A stretch of 30,720 nucleotides of DNA from positions 1 to 30,720 of the forward strand of contig JAANOX010000112.1 in assembly GCA_020184695.1 (NCBI GenBank). Direction: 5' to 3'. The notes below the pieces were generated by a model. The model worked only from the letters and a program-made list of their open reading frames with translations. It was not told where the DNA came from and searched no databases. This DNA is from Histomonas meleagridis 2922-C6/04-290x. Lineage: Eukaryota > Protista > Parabasalia. The translations under genes were made by a program, and so were the position numbers. Below are positions 1 to 11,404 of this stretch, piece by piece. Numbering within the stretch: position 1 is the stretch's first letter; every line of letters starts with the position of its first letter.

Positions 1-329
1 TATTTTTGTCATCAGATGAAATTATTTTGTTAATTTTTTACTAAATATAGCAATTCCAATGATTAAAAGAGTAAATGCCAATAAAACCAATAAAAACATT
101 TTCGAAAATTGCATTTGTTGCAATTTGTTTTGATAACCAATTACATAATCCTGTATAAAAAACATCAACATGTAATGGTAAACAGAGCTGAGGCGCACCT
201 CCACAATTTGATACATTTGTCCAAATACATTAATAAAAATTATGCAAATCGATTTCATAATATTTCGCATTCAAAAATTACAATTTTTACATATTTATAA
301 TATTTTATTTAATGTATTATTCGTAGTCC

Positions 330-1110
330 TAGGCTGGCAACCGAACATGTAACTCATTTTCGTCTTCATAACCAACTCTGCGTCGCCGTTTCTCGCCAGC
401 ATCAAAATTTGCTGTATGTAACTGTTGCCGCATGGCTCGAGTACGTCGTTATTTTGTTGCTGTACCATTAATTGCCAACCATTTGGTACTCCGTACTGTA
501 TGTTAAACTTTTGTAATTTTGATATGCTCAGTTATACAACGTGACTCTTATTGCGATTTGATTTACGTTTTGCGAATTCTTTTGCACTTCGAAGTACATA
601 ACGATATCCGAAGTCTTCAATACTTCAATCGCATTTTCAGGAACTTTTATATTTACGTTTGCATTATTATCATTTTGTAGATTAACTTTTGGTACTGTTT
701 CGGGTGTCAAAGAGTTTATATCAAAGATCGTCGACCAAATTATTATTATTATTATTATTCGTATTGTTATTATTCTTCGGAATGCTTCGATGATGATCAA
801 TAGGTCTGTCTACCTGATTGTATGATTTCGGAGCGATTGCTGCTGTTGTTGTTGTTCTTCTTCATTCGATTCAAACTCTGGTGGTAATAACTTTGTTTCG
901 TCCCTTATAGCTCTACTCACTTATAGCAATATGTTTAACATTTCGCTCAGCGCGTTGTGGTGGATTTCGATGTTTCGTATCTATGGATAATTCTTGGCAT
1001 AATGGTTCGATTTCGTCGATTTGATTAAATCGAGTACATAACTTAGTTAATTATGTAATTAAATAACAATTTATTTCGATTTCCGTTAGTGGATTTTTCA
1101 AGATCTTTAT
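330..1110 (-). pseudogene. Decayed coding sequence of unknown function (frameshifted fragments, Q/N-rich tracts)
   Basis: Protein-like segments alternate between minus frames (IDEIEPLCQELSIDTKHRNPPQ..., ETKLLPPEFESNEEEQQQQQ, FDINSLTPETVPKVNLQ..., GEKRRRRVGYEDENELHVRLPA). GC content is higher than in the intergenic DNA. No family recognised. Confidence 0.3.
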
Positions 1111-1238
1111 CGTGTGACCAGATTCAGACTTTTATGAGAGTCTCGAATTCACCATTGAGATATGACGCTAAATTTACTAACGTTTGGTTGGTTGGATACC
1201 GACACATCGTATTGGTTAGTAAATGTTCAAATGCTGAT

Positions 1239-2660
1239 TTAATAACACGATTTGTTTTTCGCAACCATAACGCAAAATGAAGTGAGAAGATCATTGGTTA
1301 TGTAGTCGTCATTGTTAATAAAGAGTAAATGGATGATATCAAAGTCCCATGTTGGATTTGGGCCAAATCTGATAACCGAAGAATAGATCTTGGATACGCC
1401 ATCCTCGGTGCGGAAATCAGAGTCTGCAGTTGTGCGATCTTCGATGATTTCGGGATGACGTGTTCCACGTGAATCGTTATCAACTAATGCTAATCTGTCA
1501 TCCAATGCTCGTCTGGCGGATACTGTGATCCCGAGTGATCTATAACGATGGACCGATTTGTGACTTGTAACGTTTGACCGAGGAAATGCGAAAGTGTAAG
1601 CAGTTGTGAATGAACGATCAGCTGGAAAATCGCGATCACTCTGCAGCGCTCGCGAAAACAGAGCGAAAGCGTGAATAAAGTCGTTCGGTTCGCGGATGCC
1701 GAAATCAGCGACCAATTTGATTCTCAGAGGCGAGACTAATTCAGTCGGTGGACGATCGAGATCAGTGCCTCAGGACCGTTTGAAACAGTGATCGTCCTGT
1801 GTGTTGCGCTTGATGTCAGCGGCATGACAACGGAGGTAAAGAACTTCATCTAACTCAATCGAGGGTTGCTGAAGGGAGTCTAAAAGCTTTCATAGCTCTG
1901 ATTTGAAGAAAATGGGATCGTGAAAAATGGAAAAACGATGTTTCGGCTGTCGGCTTAGACTGAGACATGACCGCATTGAAGGAGCTTAGTAAATGGTTGG
2001 CAAAATGCTTTCGTTTATGTGATCGGATCTTTGCGATCATCTACCAAAGCAAGATCGAATGGCTGCTATAACCACGGAATGCTTGTTGCTGGAAAATGAG
2101 TTTAACGATATCAGGTCGGAAGGTGGATATGGATCAGGAACTTTTCGGAAGGAGTTGGCCATTAGCGCACATAGCTGCTCGTTTAGCGACATTCGGATTT
2201 TAGAAGCTACGCGTTTTCCAACTTCGGAAGCTACGTTTGACAGGGTTCAGGGGTTCCACTCTGTTACACGATGTCTTTGATCATGCTGGTGATTGAAATA
2301 GTATTGCAGGCTCGTAAAGTCACTAAGAATAGTCGAGTGGCTGAAACCATTCAAATCACTTTGTTCATCTAAGAAAGATCAGAAGTGCTAAAATATCAAT
2401 TCGTTTATGCGAAAAGAAGACAACTATGTGCATCCAGTGAAGCACGCTATTTGCATGATACATTTTCCCCAATAGCGATTCAGATAAGTTTTGCAACGAT
2501 CTTGGTCTTTGGAGATTAGAAACGAGCGTCTTTTGAAAGAGTTCTCATATTTGCCATTTCGTTTGCAATGATGGTTCTCTCTTCTTTCTATGTGAGTGCG
2601 CATCTTGTAGCAGATATAGTCCGGATTTACCAGTGTTGACATTGGATTGTATTTTGTCAC
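1239..2660 (-). pseudogene. Long single-frame coding remnant (~474 codons) with in-frame stops; unknown product, possibly mobile-element or virus derived
   Basis: ORF-track pieces 2424..2660 and 1239..1715 share one frame. Manual translation between them stays protein-like with 8 internal stops (TAG x2, TGA x5, TAA x1) and no frameshift. Confidence 0.45.
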
Positions 2661-2720
2661 TTTTTCATGCGAATAAAGGAAAATTTCGATATTTCGAACT
2701 AAAAAGAGTTAAGAAAATGG

Positions 2721-3435
2721 TTATTCCAAGCGACGCTTGGTTTGAGGTGCGCCAGAACCCTTGCATACCCTTACCACGACCATTGATGAGAGAATTTCAA
2801 CAAGAGGTTCCAAGAACCCAAAAGAGATCTGCAGATAATGCAGCCATATCACTTTTGCAAAAACCACTTCCTGCGGCAGAGGCATCAAGCATTTGTATGA
2901 GTACCAATAACTCCGTCGTCTTTCAATCAACAGCTGCATAGCGAAAACCATAAAATGAAGATGGCTTGAAAGTGCAAACCATCCAAAGAGTGATATTGTT
3001 GGTTTTGTATGGCATTGATGTGTGCAGTTATGAAATCGAATTAATTTTTGAAATGCTAGTCGGAGCTGAAGAATTGCAATGATAACTACCAAAAGACAAT
3101 GTTGCACCTCCGCTTCTAGGCAGCTAGGAGCCACTAATTTGATAATGCTCCAGTGAGGTGCAGCAAATGTCTGAATAAAAGGTGAAATGTACTAGAGCAG
3201 CGGGAGCTAAGATCATTATAAATGCAATACGTATTGTCCATTGAGATGCAATCGGAATTTCTTCGGCAATATTGTGGTATACAACAGAACAAAATGGAGG
3301 AAAGTTGGGTGGATGAGTATCTTCTTCAATTTCAACATTGGCCTTCTTTAGAGCTTTCTCTCTTCTTTTGAGTTCTTCTTCTTTTTGTTGGATAGCATAA
3401 TATCTTGCTGCAGGATCTGCCATGCTTTTTGCCAC
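2721..3435 (-). pseudogene. SCAMP-like (secretory carrier-associated membrane protein) pseudogene
   Basis: N-terminal coiled coil QQKEEELKRREKAL followed by PPNFPPFCSVVYHNIAEEIP, matching the SCAMP NWPP...PCFYHDI..EIP signature. The downstream hydrophobic segments are split across frames. Confidence 0.6.
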
Positions 3436-3841
3436 TTTTTTCTCTCATAGGTGAACCGATACTTTGCCTCAATTTTCTGTAGTTTACTTTTCCCGATTCA
3501 ACAAAATACATTTCATAACTATGTGACATTCCTGATTCATTAATACCTCGATTACAAAATTTTTTTTTAAACCGAAAATGGCAGAGTATAAAAAATAAAA
3601 TTGATTCTACAGAATATTTTTTTTTGCTGCGTCAGGCTGTTATAACAAAAAATTGAAATTTCGTGTGAATTAATTTTTTTTGTGAGTGTTTTGCTCTAAC
3701 TAAATGTACACTAAAAATTACATAAACATTAATTTAGCAAAACAAACATAAGATAATGTTTAGACATTAAATATTTATTTGACAGATTTAACATAGAATA
3801 GTTTACACGGTACACTTTTATATAAACTATTTAAATTCACT

Positions 3842-5179
3842 TCACTTTTCTTCCTTATTTTCCTCTTTGAACCACTTTTTCTTTAATTTCCAAGACAATG
3901 TCATTAGCATGTCAACATCATCCTTTAACACGCCCTTTATATTTTCGAAATATTTTAAGAACAACTCTTCATTTAGCGGTGATATTTTTTCCAGTTCTGG
4001 GCATAACTTTAACAACATTGCGGTAATGAAACATATTAAAAATTCGTTTTCGTTTTTATATTTTGGTATTTGGAACCAAATTTTTTTAAGATCTTTTACA
4101 TCAAACAAATTTATGAACCAACTCCAACAATCATTAATCAAGAAATCAAATGAAACAACACCTTTTTCATATAAAAAAGATATAAGATCGGGCACATTTT
4201 TGTTGATTTCTTCGCAAAGTGTTATAAATGTTAATGAAATACTTTTTTGTCGTTGTGCTGAATCATATTCCGAAAATAACCCGTAATTATATATTCGGCA
4301 TAATGCTTTAAATATTGATTCCTCGCATTGGTCATTGTCATATTCATCACCATATTCGCTGACATACGCATCAAATATTGGAAATAGAAAACGAACATTT
4401 TCAATTAAAAATTTAGAACCATCATAGTTATAATTAGAATAAGTAAGAATAACATTACGAATGGTTTCAATGTGTTTCGCATTTAATTCAGTAAATTTAG
4501 AAAGATGTGAATCAACTTTTTTGGCAACTTCAAAAAAGGCGGTTTGGTTCTCAAAAAGTGAAGAATTGGAGAAAAATGTTTTCCAAGACCTGAGTTTGAG
4601 ATATTCGATTTTGTTTTCGGATTCGTAGCTAGGGAATGCATCATAAAGAGAAGTGAATTCTTTTTGTGTGGGAAGTGGGTTTTCATCATCTTTATTTTCA
4701 AGATTAAGATTGCTGATATAATTGAGAATATTATTGACATCAGAGTGCTTGGATGTTTTACACATGATAAAGGTGGAATGCGCATTTGATGGTCCGAAAT
4801 CAATTGGATTCATTAAATATAAATATTTCTTTGAGGGAGATGATGTAACCTGAACTCTTTGCTTGATAAATCTTATGAAATCAGATAAGTCTTGTTGTGT
4901 GCTGAAAACAATGGTAAAACCTGAATTGTTAAAATCATCAAACAGAACAGAAAACTTGTTATCTCCAAGTAGTACATTATATGATATGTAGCTTGATAGT
5001 TCTCCATAATAGTTTGGAAGTGTACCTCTAGAAATCCTATTTTTTTTATCAGTTGGTTCTCTTTGGTAAAAATTTAAAAGAATATTTCCATTCAAGGTAG
5101 TAACTGTAAGAATTCCATGCTTCTCTTGGCCATCAATAATGACTTCCAATCTTAACTGTATGGATTTTTGGTTTGACAT
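3842..5179 (-). CDS. Divergent Rab-GAP TBC-domain protein (TBC1D15/17/Gyp7-like architecture)
   Basis: Intact ORF; probable ATG at 5179 (MSNQKS). C-terminal helical region with LRNVILTYSNYN, ESIFKALCRI and SFDFLINDCWSWFINLFDVKDLKKIW resembles a TBC domain. Catalytic fingers not clearly conserved. Confidence 0.55.
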   Translation of the reverse strand: MSNQKSIQLRLEVIIDGQEKHGILTVTTLNGNILLNFYQREPTDKKNRISRGTLPNYYGELSSYISYNVLLGDNKFSVLFDDFNNSGFTIVFSTQQDLSDFIRFIKQRVQVTSSPSKKYLYLMNPIDFGPSNAHSTFIMCKTSKHSDVNNILNYISNLNLENKDDENPLPTQKEFTSLYDAFPSYESENKIEYLKLRSWKTFFSNSSLFENQTAFFEVAKKVDSHLSKFTELNAKHIETIRNVILTYSNYNYDGSKFLIENVRFLFPIFDAYVSEYGDEYDNDQCEESIFKALCRIYNYGLFSEYDSAQRQKSISLTFITLCEEINKNVPDLISFLYEKGVVSFDFLINDCWSWFINLFDVKDLKKIWFQIPKYKNENEFLICFITAMLLKLCPELEKISPLNEELFLKYFENIKGVLKDDVDMLMTLSWKLKKKWFKEENKEEK

Positions 5180-5408
5180 CTTTGAAAAACCGTGTATATC
5201 TGGTCGGGCGGCTATGGTGTTGTACGATAGATATTTCACAACGATAGAAAACCACCAAGAAGACGTTTTGTGAAAAACATTTTTCTCCTTACAAAAAATT
5301 CGATATTTCAAAGAATATCAGAAAATTCAAAAGGGTAATTCTCAAAATGTTGAAACCCATTCTTCAGGAACAACGAGTAAATTTGATTGAGTACAATCTA
5401 TTTACCTC

Positions 5409-7460
5409 ATGAAATTTTTGTCTATGTTACAAATCCTGTTTCGGACAATAACAATGAATGATTTTTTACATTATTCTGACAAAAATCCATCATTCAAATT
5501 TCATGAAAATCTTGATTGCAATCCCCATATCCGTAATAACTCCTTTATGATCTTAAAGATAATAAATAAATCAATTTTTTATAATGCGAAAAATCTTATT
5601 TATTCAGTTGATATTTTATTTTCAAGCCTAAATACCCTATCTAATTATAATCAAAAAATCAAGCTATTGCCCTTATTCGTGTCATGTTTGTTCATTTTGC
5701 TTGAGACTCTATTTAAAAATACATGTTTTTATTTTTCTTTTAAATCTAATTTTTGTCTTCTAAGTCAGCAAATAAAAGAAAACACAATTATTAAATTTAT
5801 TTTTATATTGATATTTCTTTTATTTTTCACATTTTCAACACAAATATTTGATGAAGAAACATTAACATTAACTAATTAATTCAACTGATTTTACAAGTGA
5901 TTACCAAAATAGCACAAAACATCTCATCATTTCAAATGAAATTACTGAGATACCAGATTATTCTTTTTATCGATGGAAGGAATTAAGTACCGTTTCGATT
6001 GCTGATTCAGTCATTTCAGTTGGGTCATACGCATTTTAATATTGCTCTTATGTTGTCAATTTGTCATTTAGAGAAGGCATTACATATATTGGGTCATATG
6101 CATTTCATTCCTGCTATTCATTAAAGAGTGTAACAATTAAAAGTCCTCTTACAACAGTTGGGTCAAATGTATTTCTTGGATGTACTGGTCTTGAAACAGT
6201 ATTTTTTGAAGAAGGTGTTTCAAATTTGTTATAATCTTAAAGATGTTACAATTCCAAGTACAGTTTCTTCAATATCATCAAATCCATTTCTTCGCTGTAA
6301 AAGTCTTCAATTCATAAAAATTTCCAAAGAAAATTTATATTTCTCTAATTATGAAAATGATGGCGTTTTATATGATATAGGAATTAAAACACTCATTAGT
6401 TATCCAATTGGAAATTACAGTGAAACATTCAAAATTCCAAATTCAGTGACTTCAATTGAATCATGTGCATTTGATTCATGCAATTATTTACTATCAATAT
6501 CATTTGGAAATAATGTAAATACAATAAAAAATTCTGCATTCATTAGTTGTTCATTTATAAGTTTCATAATCCCAAATTCCATTACGGTTATTCAATCGTT
6601 AGTTTTTTATTTATGTAAAAATTTAATTACAATTATCATTGGTAAAAATGTTAAAAATATCGGAAATTATGCATTTTCAGGTTGTGCATCACTGAAATGT
6701 ATTTATTTTTATGGCGAGACTTCACCAACAATTGGAAATAATTGTTTTAATAATGTTTTAGCAACAACAATTATGGTAAATGAAACATATCAAGATGAAA
6801 CATTTGGAGAATTAAATATAACCAAAGGAATAGTTGATGAATGTCTTCCTCCAACATTAACATTCACAAAAAGTAATACATTTACTGAATCAAATACATT
6901 TTCACAAAGTAACACGCTTACTGAATCAAATGTATTTACACAAAGCCATACATTTTCCAATTCATATACATTTACTGAAACAAATACATTTTATATTTCA
7001 AATACATTTTCATCATATATAACTTTAACACATTCATTTATTGTGTCATATATTTTATCATTTACAAAATCATTAAGTATTTACATTTTATATTTCAACA
7101 TTTATATATATTCCAACATCATTTATATAATATGATTACATAATTATTATTTATTCCAAATATTTAACATTTTATTCCAATTTTTATTTTGTTTATGAAA
7201 ATAATGAAATGAATAACGAAGATAAAACATATATTTCTATTATCATTGGAGTTATTATTGGAGTAATTGTTCTTGTTTCGATACTTATTATAATATTAAT
7301 TCGTATTCGAAATAAACGACAAAAAACTGATAAGGAATCGAAATATAATAATGAAAATTAAAACAAAGCAATTGATTTTTCGATTGGATATTCTAAAAAT
7401 GATATTGAAGAAGATCCATTTGCAAAAGATTTCAACGAAGACAATTTTATTGTTAAAATA
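5409..7460 (+). pseudogene. BspA-like (TpLRR) surface protein, disrupted
   Basis: TpLRR repeats (IPNSVTSIESCAFDSC, IGKNVKNIGNYAFSGC), S/T stalk, TM segment (ISIIIGVIIGVIVLVSILIIILIR, ~7225-7310) and EDPFAKDFNEE tail. Frameshifts near 5877, ~6230 and after ~7090; in-frame TAA at 6037-6039. Confidence 0.75.
6860..7015 (+). repeat. Degenerate 18-nt coding repeat (SNTF[T/S]x stalk)
   Basis: SNTFTE SNTFSQ SNTLTE SNVFTQ SHTFSN ... within the BspA-like gene. Confidence 0.75.
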
Positions 7461-7731
7461 AGGAATAAATACTTAAATTCTGTTAAATTGTTTTTTGATA
7501 TTTTTTATTTTCATAAAATCATATTAAATCATAATTCTCAGAAGGATATTAAGTATTTTAAATTTCTAATATTTATTCATTAATATAGCAATAAAGGATT
7601 TTATATCTATATAATTTAAGGAATTTTGAATGATTAAATTTTTTTTTAAATCTGGAATATAAAAATACGAAGAAATCAAATAAATCATTAAATATTAAAC
7701 ATGAAAATATACAATATTTATTAATTTAAAG

Positions 7732-8565
7732 TTATGCATCTTCAAAATGAACAAAATCATTTTGTTGGTGTTTCTTTGATACACATTCTGACAATAACTT
7801 AAATATACAAATGGCACCAAGCGGACAAATTTCAAAAATAATTTGCTCAACAATAAATGCTGCGAAGTATCCTTTCGACCATTCGAGTGTTCCTTTATCA
7901 TCTTTCGCTATTAAAAAGATATAAACAATGATTGAAATGCCTCTTAAGAGCATTGCAAAGAAGAGTAAAAAACACATGAAAAACAAAACTGATTCAGTGG
8001 ATGAGCAACTACATGCGTTGTTAAACAATTTCCATATCTTTATCAAGTAAATAAGAAAAGCTGCTGATATCGCGAAATCTCGTAAAACTGCAAATGATGC
8101 TTCAAAATAATGTGCTGTATGCATGTTACCACTTCGTGGCGTAAATACATAAAAACAAATAAGACTAACAATTTCAGCAGCCCAAATAATAATTATTAAA
8201 ATAACTAAAATTAGTTTAGTGCTATCAAAAAATTTTATATTTGTTTTCGCAAGACATTCAACACATACAGAACACCACGAAAAGAAAATAAAACAATAAG
8301 CTGTAGCTACAATATATCCTGGTAAACCATTTGTTAAAATTGAAAAATTTTTCCAATCGTCATCACTTTGCTTGCTGATAATAATTCCTGAAATAGTATA
8401 ACCAATACCTCTTGAAATAACTGCGATAAGATATGGAATCTGAGTTGAGTTAGCTTGATGAGATCGATAGTCTTTTATTGTAATAATTAAGAAAACAATA
8501 AAAAGAAGAAACATCAATGATCCAAAAGCATAGTAGCAAGTGGACCAAGAGCCCACGTTTTCCAT
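7732..8565 (-). CDS. Multi-pass (~7 TM) membrane protein, THH1/TOM1 (DUF1084)-like
   Basis: Intact 277-aa ORF with about seven hydrophobic segments. LPGYIVATAYCFIFFSW resembles the TOM1-family LP..lF.s.y.l+l..W motif. Confidence 0.6.
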   Translation of the reverse strand: MENVGSWSTCYYAFGSLMFLLFIVFLIITIKDYRSHQANSTQIPYLIAVISRGIGYTISGIIISKQSDDDWKNFSILTNGLPGYIVATAYCFIFFSWCSVCVECLAKTNIKFFDSTKLILVILIIIIWAAEIVSLICFYVFTPRSGNMHTAHYFEASFAVLRDFAISAAFLIYLIKIWKLFNNACSCSSTESVLFFMCFLLFFAMLLRGISIIVYIFLIAKDDKGTLEWSKGYFAAFIVEQIIFEICPLGAICIFKLLSECVSKKHQQNDFVHFEDA

Positions 8566-9016
8566 TTTTATTTGTTTGCTTCTGGATTGAAAATAATCAG
8601 TAACCGGTCATTTTCAATGCTGCTGTCAACATATTTAAATGTAAACCGTCAACACACATGGAAATATGATTTGTAAACTACTCATTTTTGGTTTATTCAA
8701 TTGATAAATCAGGTAGAATTGTGAAGTGAAATCAAAAGTGACGAAATTATTCACTATTTTTCGAATCAAAGAAAATAATAAAAATTGAACGAAGAATCGA
8801 ATAATCAAATAAGTATCAAAACAGAAGAAACTACGCTGATACTTATCAATGAAGTATTGACTATTCCTATTACTTCAGTTACATTTCTTCTATTCTTCTG
8901 CTTAAGTGTTTAGACAAAAGTTCCATTTTCTTCTTTCTGTAAAATAATTAAATCAGCATAAAGTTTTAATTGGAAATGTTTCTGAAAGTCAAAGCGTTAC
9001 AAAAACCAATTTTTAT

Positions 9017-9853
9017 TTAGGCTTGTGACAAATAAACAGTTGCTTGGATAGGTGGAAGATTTTCGTCGTTGTAGTCATCGAATTCCATTTCTTCTTCTTC
9101 AGGTCTGCTGGTGCATTTTTTAACAATTAACGCAAATGGAAGAATGAGAATTCCGGTGAAAATGGTGCCCAAAGCGATCACCGAAAGCATAGGGAACACT
9201 GAAAACATAGGGATGGTGCCTTCATGGTCATACGTCTTCGGTTGGGATGTATATACATATTCACTTTCTTTGACTTCTTCGGTTTCCTTAATCTCTTCTG
9301 TTTCTTTAATTTGTTCAGTTTCCTTAATCTCTTCTGTTTCTTTAACTTGTTCAGTTTCCTTAATTTCTTCGGTTTCTTTGATCTCTTCTGTTTCTTTGAC
9401 TTCCTCCGTTTCTTTGGGTTCCTCGACTTCCGTGGGTTGATCGCTTTCTTTGGTTTCTTCGTTTTCTTCTGGATAAATTGTGTAATGTTGATTTACATTA
9501 TATTGCTTCTGAACGGCAGAAACCTGAATTGTCACCTCTTGGGTTGTTGTTACTACAACCCTTCCACGGTAGTTTCCAAAAGAAATTCTATCGAAAGGTG
9601 TACTTTCATTTAGAGTTGTAACTTGCTTAAAATCAGTTTCTTGAACCTCAATATTAAGATACTTAATTCCGGATTTAAATTTAAGCTCAATTCCTGGTGA
9701 TACGAAAAGATATAATGTGCTATCTGGTTGAAGTTTATAATTAAAGTTGGTTGTTTCTGATATTAATATCATTGCGAACGAATACGAATACTCGTAGCTT
9801 TGGAAATCCTGTTCAGGATAATTAAATAATGGTGCTAGAAAGAACGGGAGCAT
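9017..9853 (-). CDS. Type I membrane protein with Glu-rich repeat stalk
   Basis: Intact 278-aa ORF: N-terminal MLPFFLAPLF, (KETEE[V/I])n repeat, C-terminal TM segment and acidic tail. Confidence 0.8.
   Translation of the reverse strand: MLPFFLAPLFNYPEQDFQSYEYSYSFAMILISETTNFNYKLQPDSTLYLFVSPGIELKFKSGIKYLNIEVQETDFKQVTTLNESTPFDRISFGNYRGRVVVTTTQEVTIQVSAVQKQYNVNQHYTIYPEENEETKESDQPTEVEEPKETEEVKETEEIKETEEIKETEQVKETEEIKETEQIKETEEIKETEEVKESEYVYTSQPKTYDHEGTIPMFSVFPMLSVIALGTIFTGILILPFALIVKKCTSRPEEEEMEFDDYNDENLPPIQATVYLSQA
9264..9430 (-). repeat. 18-nt coding tandem repeat (KETE[E/Q][I/V]) x ~8-9
   Basis: Plus-strand units such as ttcttcggtttccttaat and ttgttcagtttccttaat. Confidence 0.9.
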
Positions 9854-9984
9854 TTTTTCTTATAAATTTTGAATGGACATGTTATGTGAAATACTTTTAG
9901 CGGATTTTCGGTATTAACTTTTTGAGTTGTATTTTGTTCGGATTCGATTCAATTTAGTTTTCAAATGTTTATAAAGGTGTGGAT

Positions 9985-10524
9985 ATGAGCGATTTGAATG
10001 AGGATGACATGCAAATTATCCAAGAACTACTTGGTGAAAGTGATGACTTTGAGTTTAATTCAATGTTCAAGGGAGGTAAAAAGACACAATTTCCTTCTAA
10101 CTCATATTATGAAAAAGATTCAAATTCAAGCAGTCACAACCTAACTATTAGTAGTAGCTTACCTGCTGGGAGTACAGGCGCTTTTGAACCAAATACACCT
10201 ACAACAAAGAAATGTACAGTAATTTGTTTAGGAGGAGTCGATTTACCTGAAGGTATTACAAATAATGAAAACGGACCTCATTTCTGTTCAAACTTATATT
10301 GCATTCATTGTGATTTTGCAGTTAAAAGATTTATGAATTCAAGATGGAAAAAATCAACAAATTATCTTTTCCTAAGAAATAATTACCCAGAAACAGTATA
10401 CAAAAACTTGATTCAAGCTCCTGGATGGTGCGCTTATTGTTGTCAGTGTACATTTTGTGAAGAAAAGAATCTCAAGAAATTACCTGTTTTCTCAACAAAT
10501 TGGGTTTGTCGTGGACATAACTGA
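9985..10524 (+). CDS. CFAP418: CFAP418/C8orf37-like (RMP domain) ciliary protein
   Basis: C-terminal Cys-rich pattern LGG...G.....C.NL.C..CDF.V..F....W.....YLFLRNNYP....L......AYCCQC...W.C.GH is characteristic of C8orf37. ATG at 9985. Confidence 0.85.
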   Translation: MSDLNEDDMQIIQELLGESDDFEFNSMFKGGKKTQFPSNSYYEKDSNSSSHNLTISSSLPAGSTGAFEPNTPTTKKCTVICLGGVDLPEGITNNENGPHFCSNLYCIHCDFAVKRFMNSRWKKSTNYLFLRNNYPETVYKNLIQAPGWCAYCCQCTFCEEKNLKKLPVFSTNWVCRGHN

Positions 10525-10895
10525 ACAAACATGTGATGAGTTTACCTTGCACACTTAAAGGAACAAAGTGATTGTGATATCAAAAATTGATTACAATTTA
10601 ATCATAGGCTGTTTCAAATCGCTTTTCATAATTTTTATTAGGTAATAAATATAAAATAGATTTTTTTTTTTTTTGTATTTTGATCGACAAATTTCAAAAT
10701 ATGTTTCAATCTTTTAAAATTCAAATATGTTATTTTATAAATCAAAACCAGTTCTTACACCAGAAACATCTTCACTTCAAAAACCTAAGCGTAAACAAGC
10801 AAGACGAATTTTTGAAGTTTTGATTCCAACTGCAAAAAACGATGAAAATTTTAACCTTTTTTTGATCGTCTCATGAAAGATAAAAATACAGAAAG

Positions 10896-11219
10896 ATGAT
10901 TTTAGGAAACCAAAATGTAACAACTCCACAGACTATATTAAACAGTGAATCAGGACTTGAAACACCTTTAATTTTGGGCATTGTGTTTGCTTCTGTATGT
11001 TTTTTATTACTCATTGGATGTATAATTTCAAAATATTTAAATAAAGGCTGTTCGAAAAAGGTAAATTCAAGCAACGGGGGCGAAAAAGCGAAGGTGCAAA
11101 ATAAAGCAATTGGAAATCTTATTCCTCCAATATTTTATACTGACAAGGTGAAAGATCCTCTTCTTCAGGAGGATCTTTCAGATCATGCACTTCAAAAGTA
11201 TCAAAAGTTTGATCCGTAG
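10896..11219 (+). CDS. Small single-pass membrane protein (possibly 5'-truncated remnant)
   Basis: TM segment ILGIVFASVCFLLLIGCIIS, basic juxtamembrane region and DPLL..D tail. Confidence 0.45.
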   Translation: MILGNQNVTTPQTILNSESGLETPLILGIVFASVCFLLLIGCIISKYLNKGCSKKVNSSNGGEKAKVQNKAIGNLIPPIFYTDKVKDPLLQEDLSDHALQKYQKFDP

Positions 11220-11404
11220 AGGCAGAACGAAAACATCAATTGATGATCATATCTATAAAATAAATAAACAATCTATCTTAGGAAATAACGAAATAGCATA
11301 CTATAATATTTTTGTAAAAAGAGGAATTTGGAGAATTAAGGATTTCTTCAGTTCTTTTATTTTGAAAAGTGACACCAGTAATTGGAATTAACGGCCGCCA
11401 TCAG

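Noticed and set aside
22-270. Small membrane-protein-like ORF at the window edge (tetraspanin-like fragment?)
   Set aside because: Plausible pieces lie in two frames and no diagnostic motif is present; cannot be supported.
3867-4286. 139-aa plus-strand ORF, and similar small ORFs overlapping the M60-like, Trx and Ubl genes
   Set aside because: Antisense or alternative-frame shadows of longer, recognisable CDSs.
5870-6240. BspA frameshifts as possible 17-nt inserts
   Set aside because: Both shifts are +1, whereas removing a single 17-mer corrects +2; no consensus 17-mer is seen.
9111-9613. Plus-strand ORFs 9111..9440 and 9224..9613
   Set aside because: Antisense shadows of the Glu-rich repeat gene.
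9965-9987. Two ATGs separated by exactly 17 nt upstream of CFAP418
   Set aside because: The intervening tttataaaggtgtggat is G-rich, does not fit the insert consensus, and removal adds only one Met; likely coincidence.
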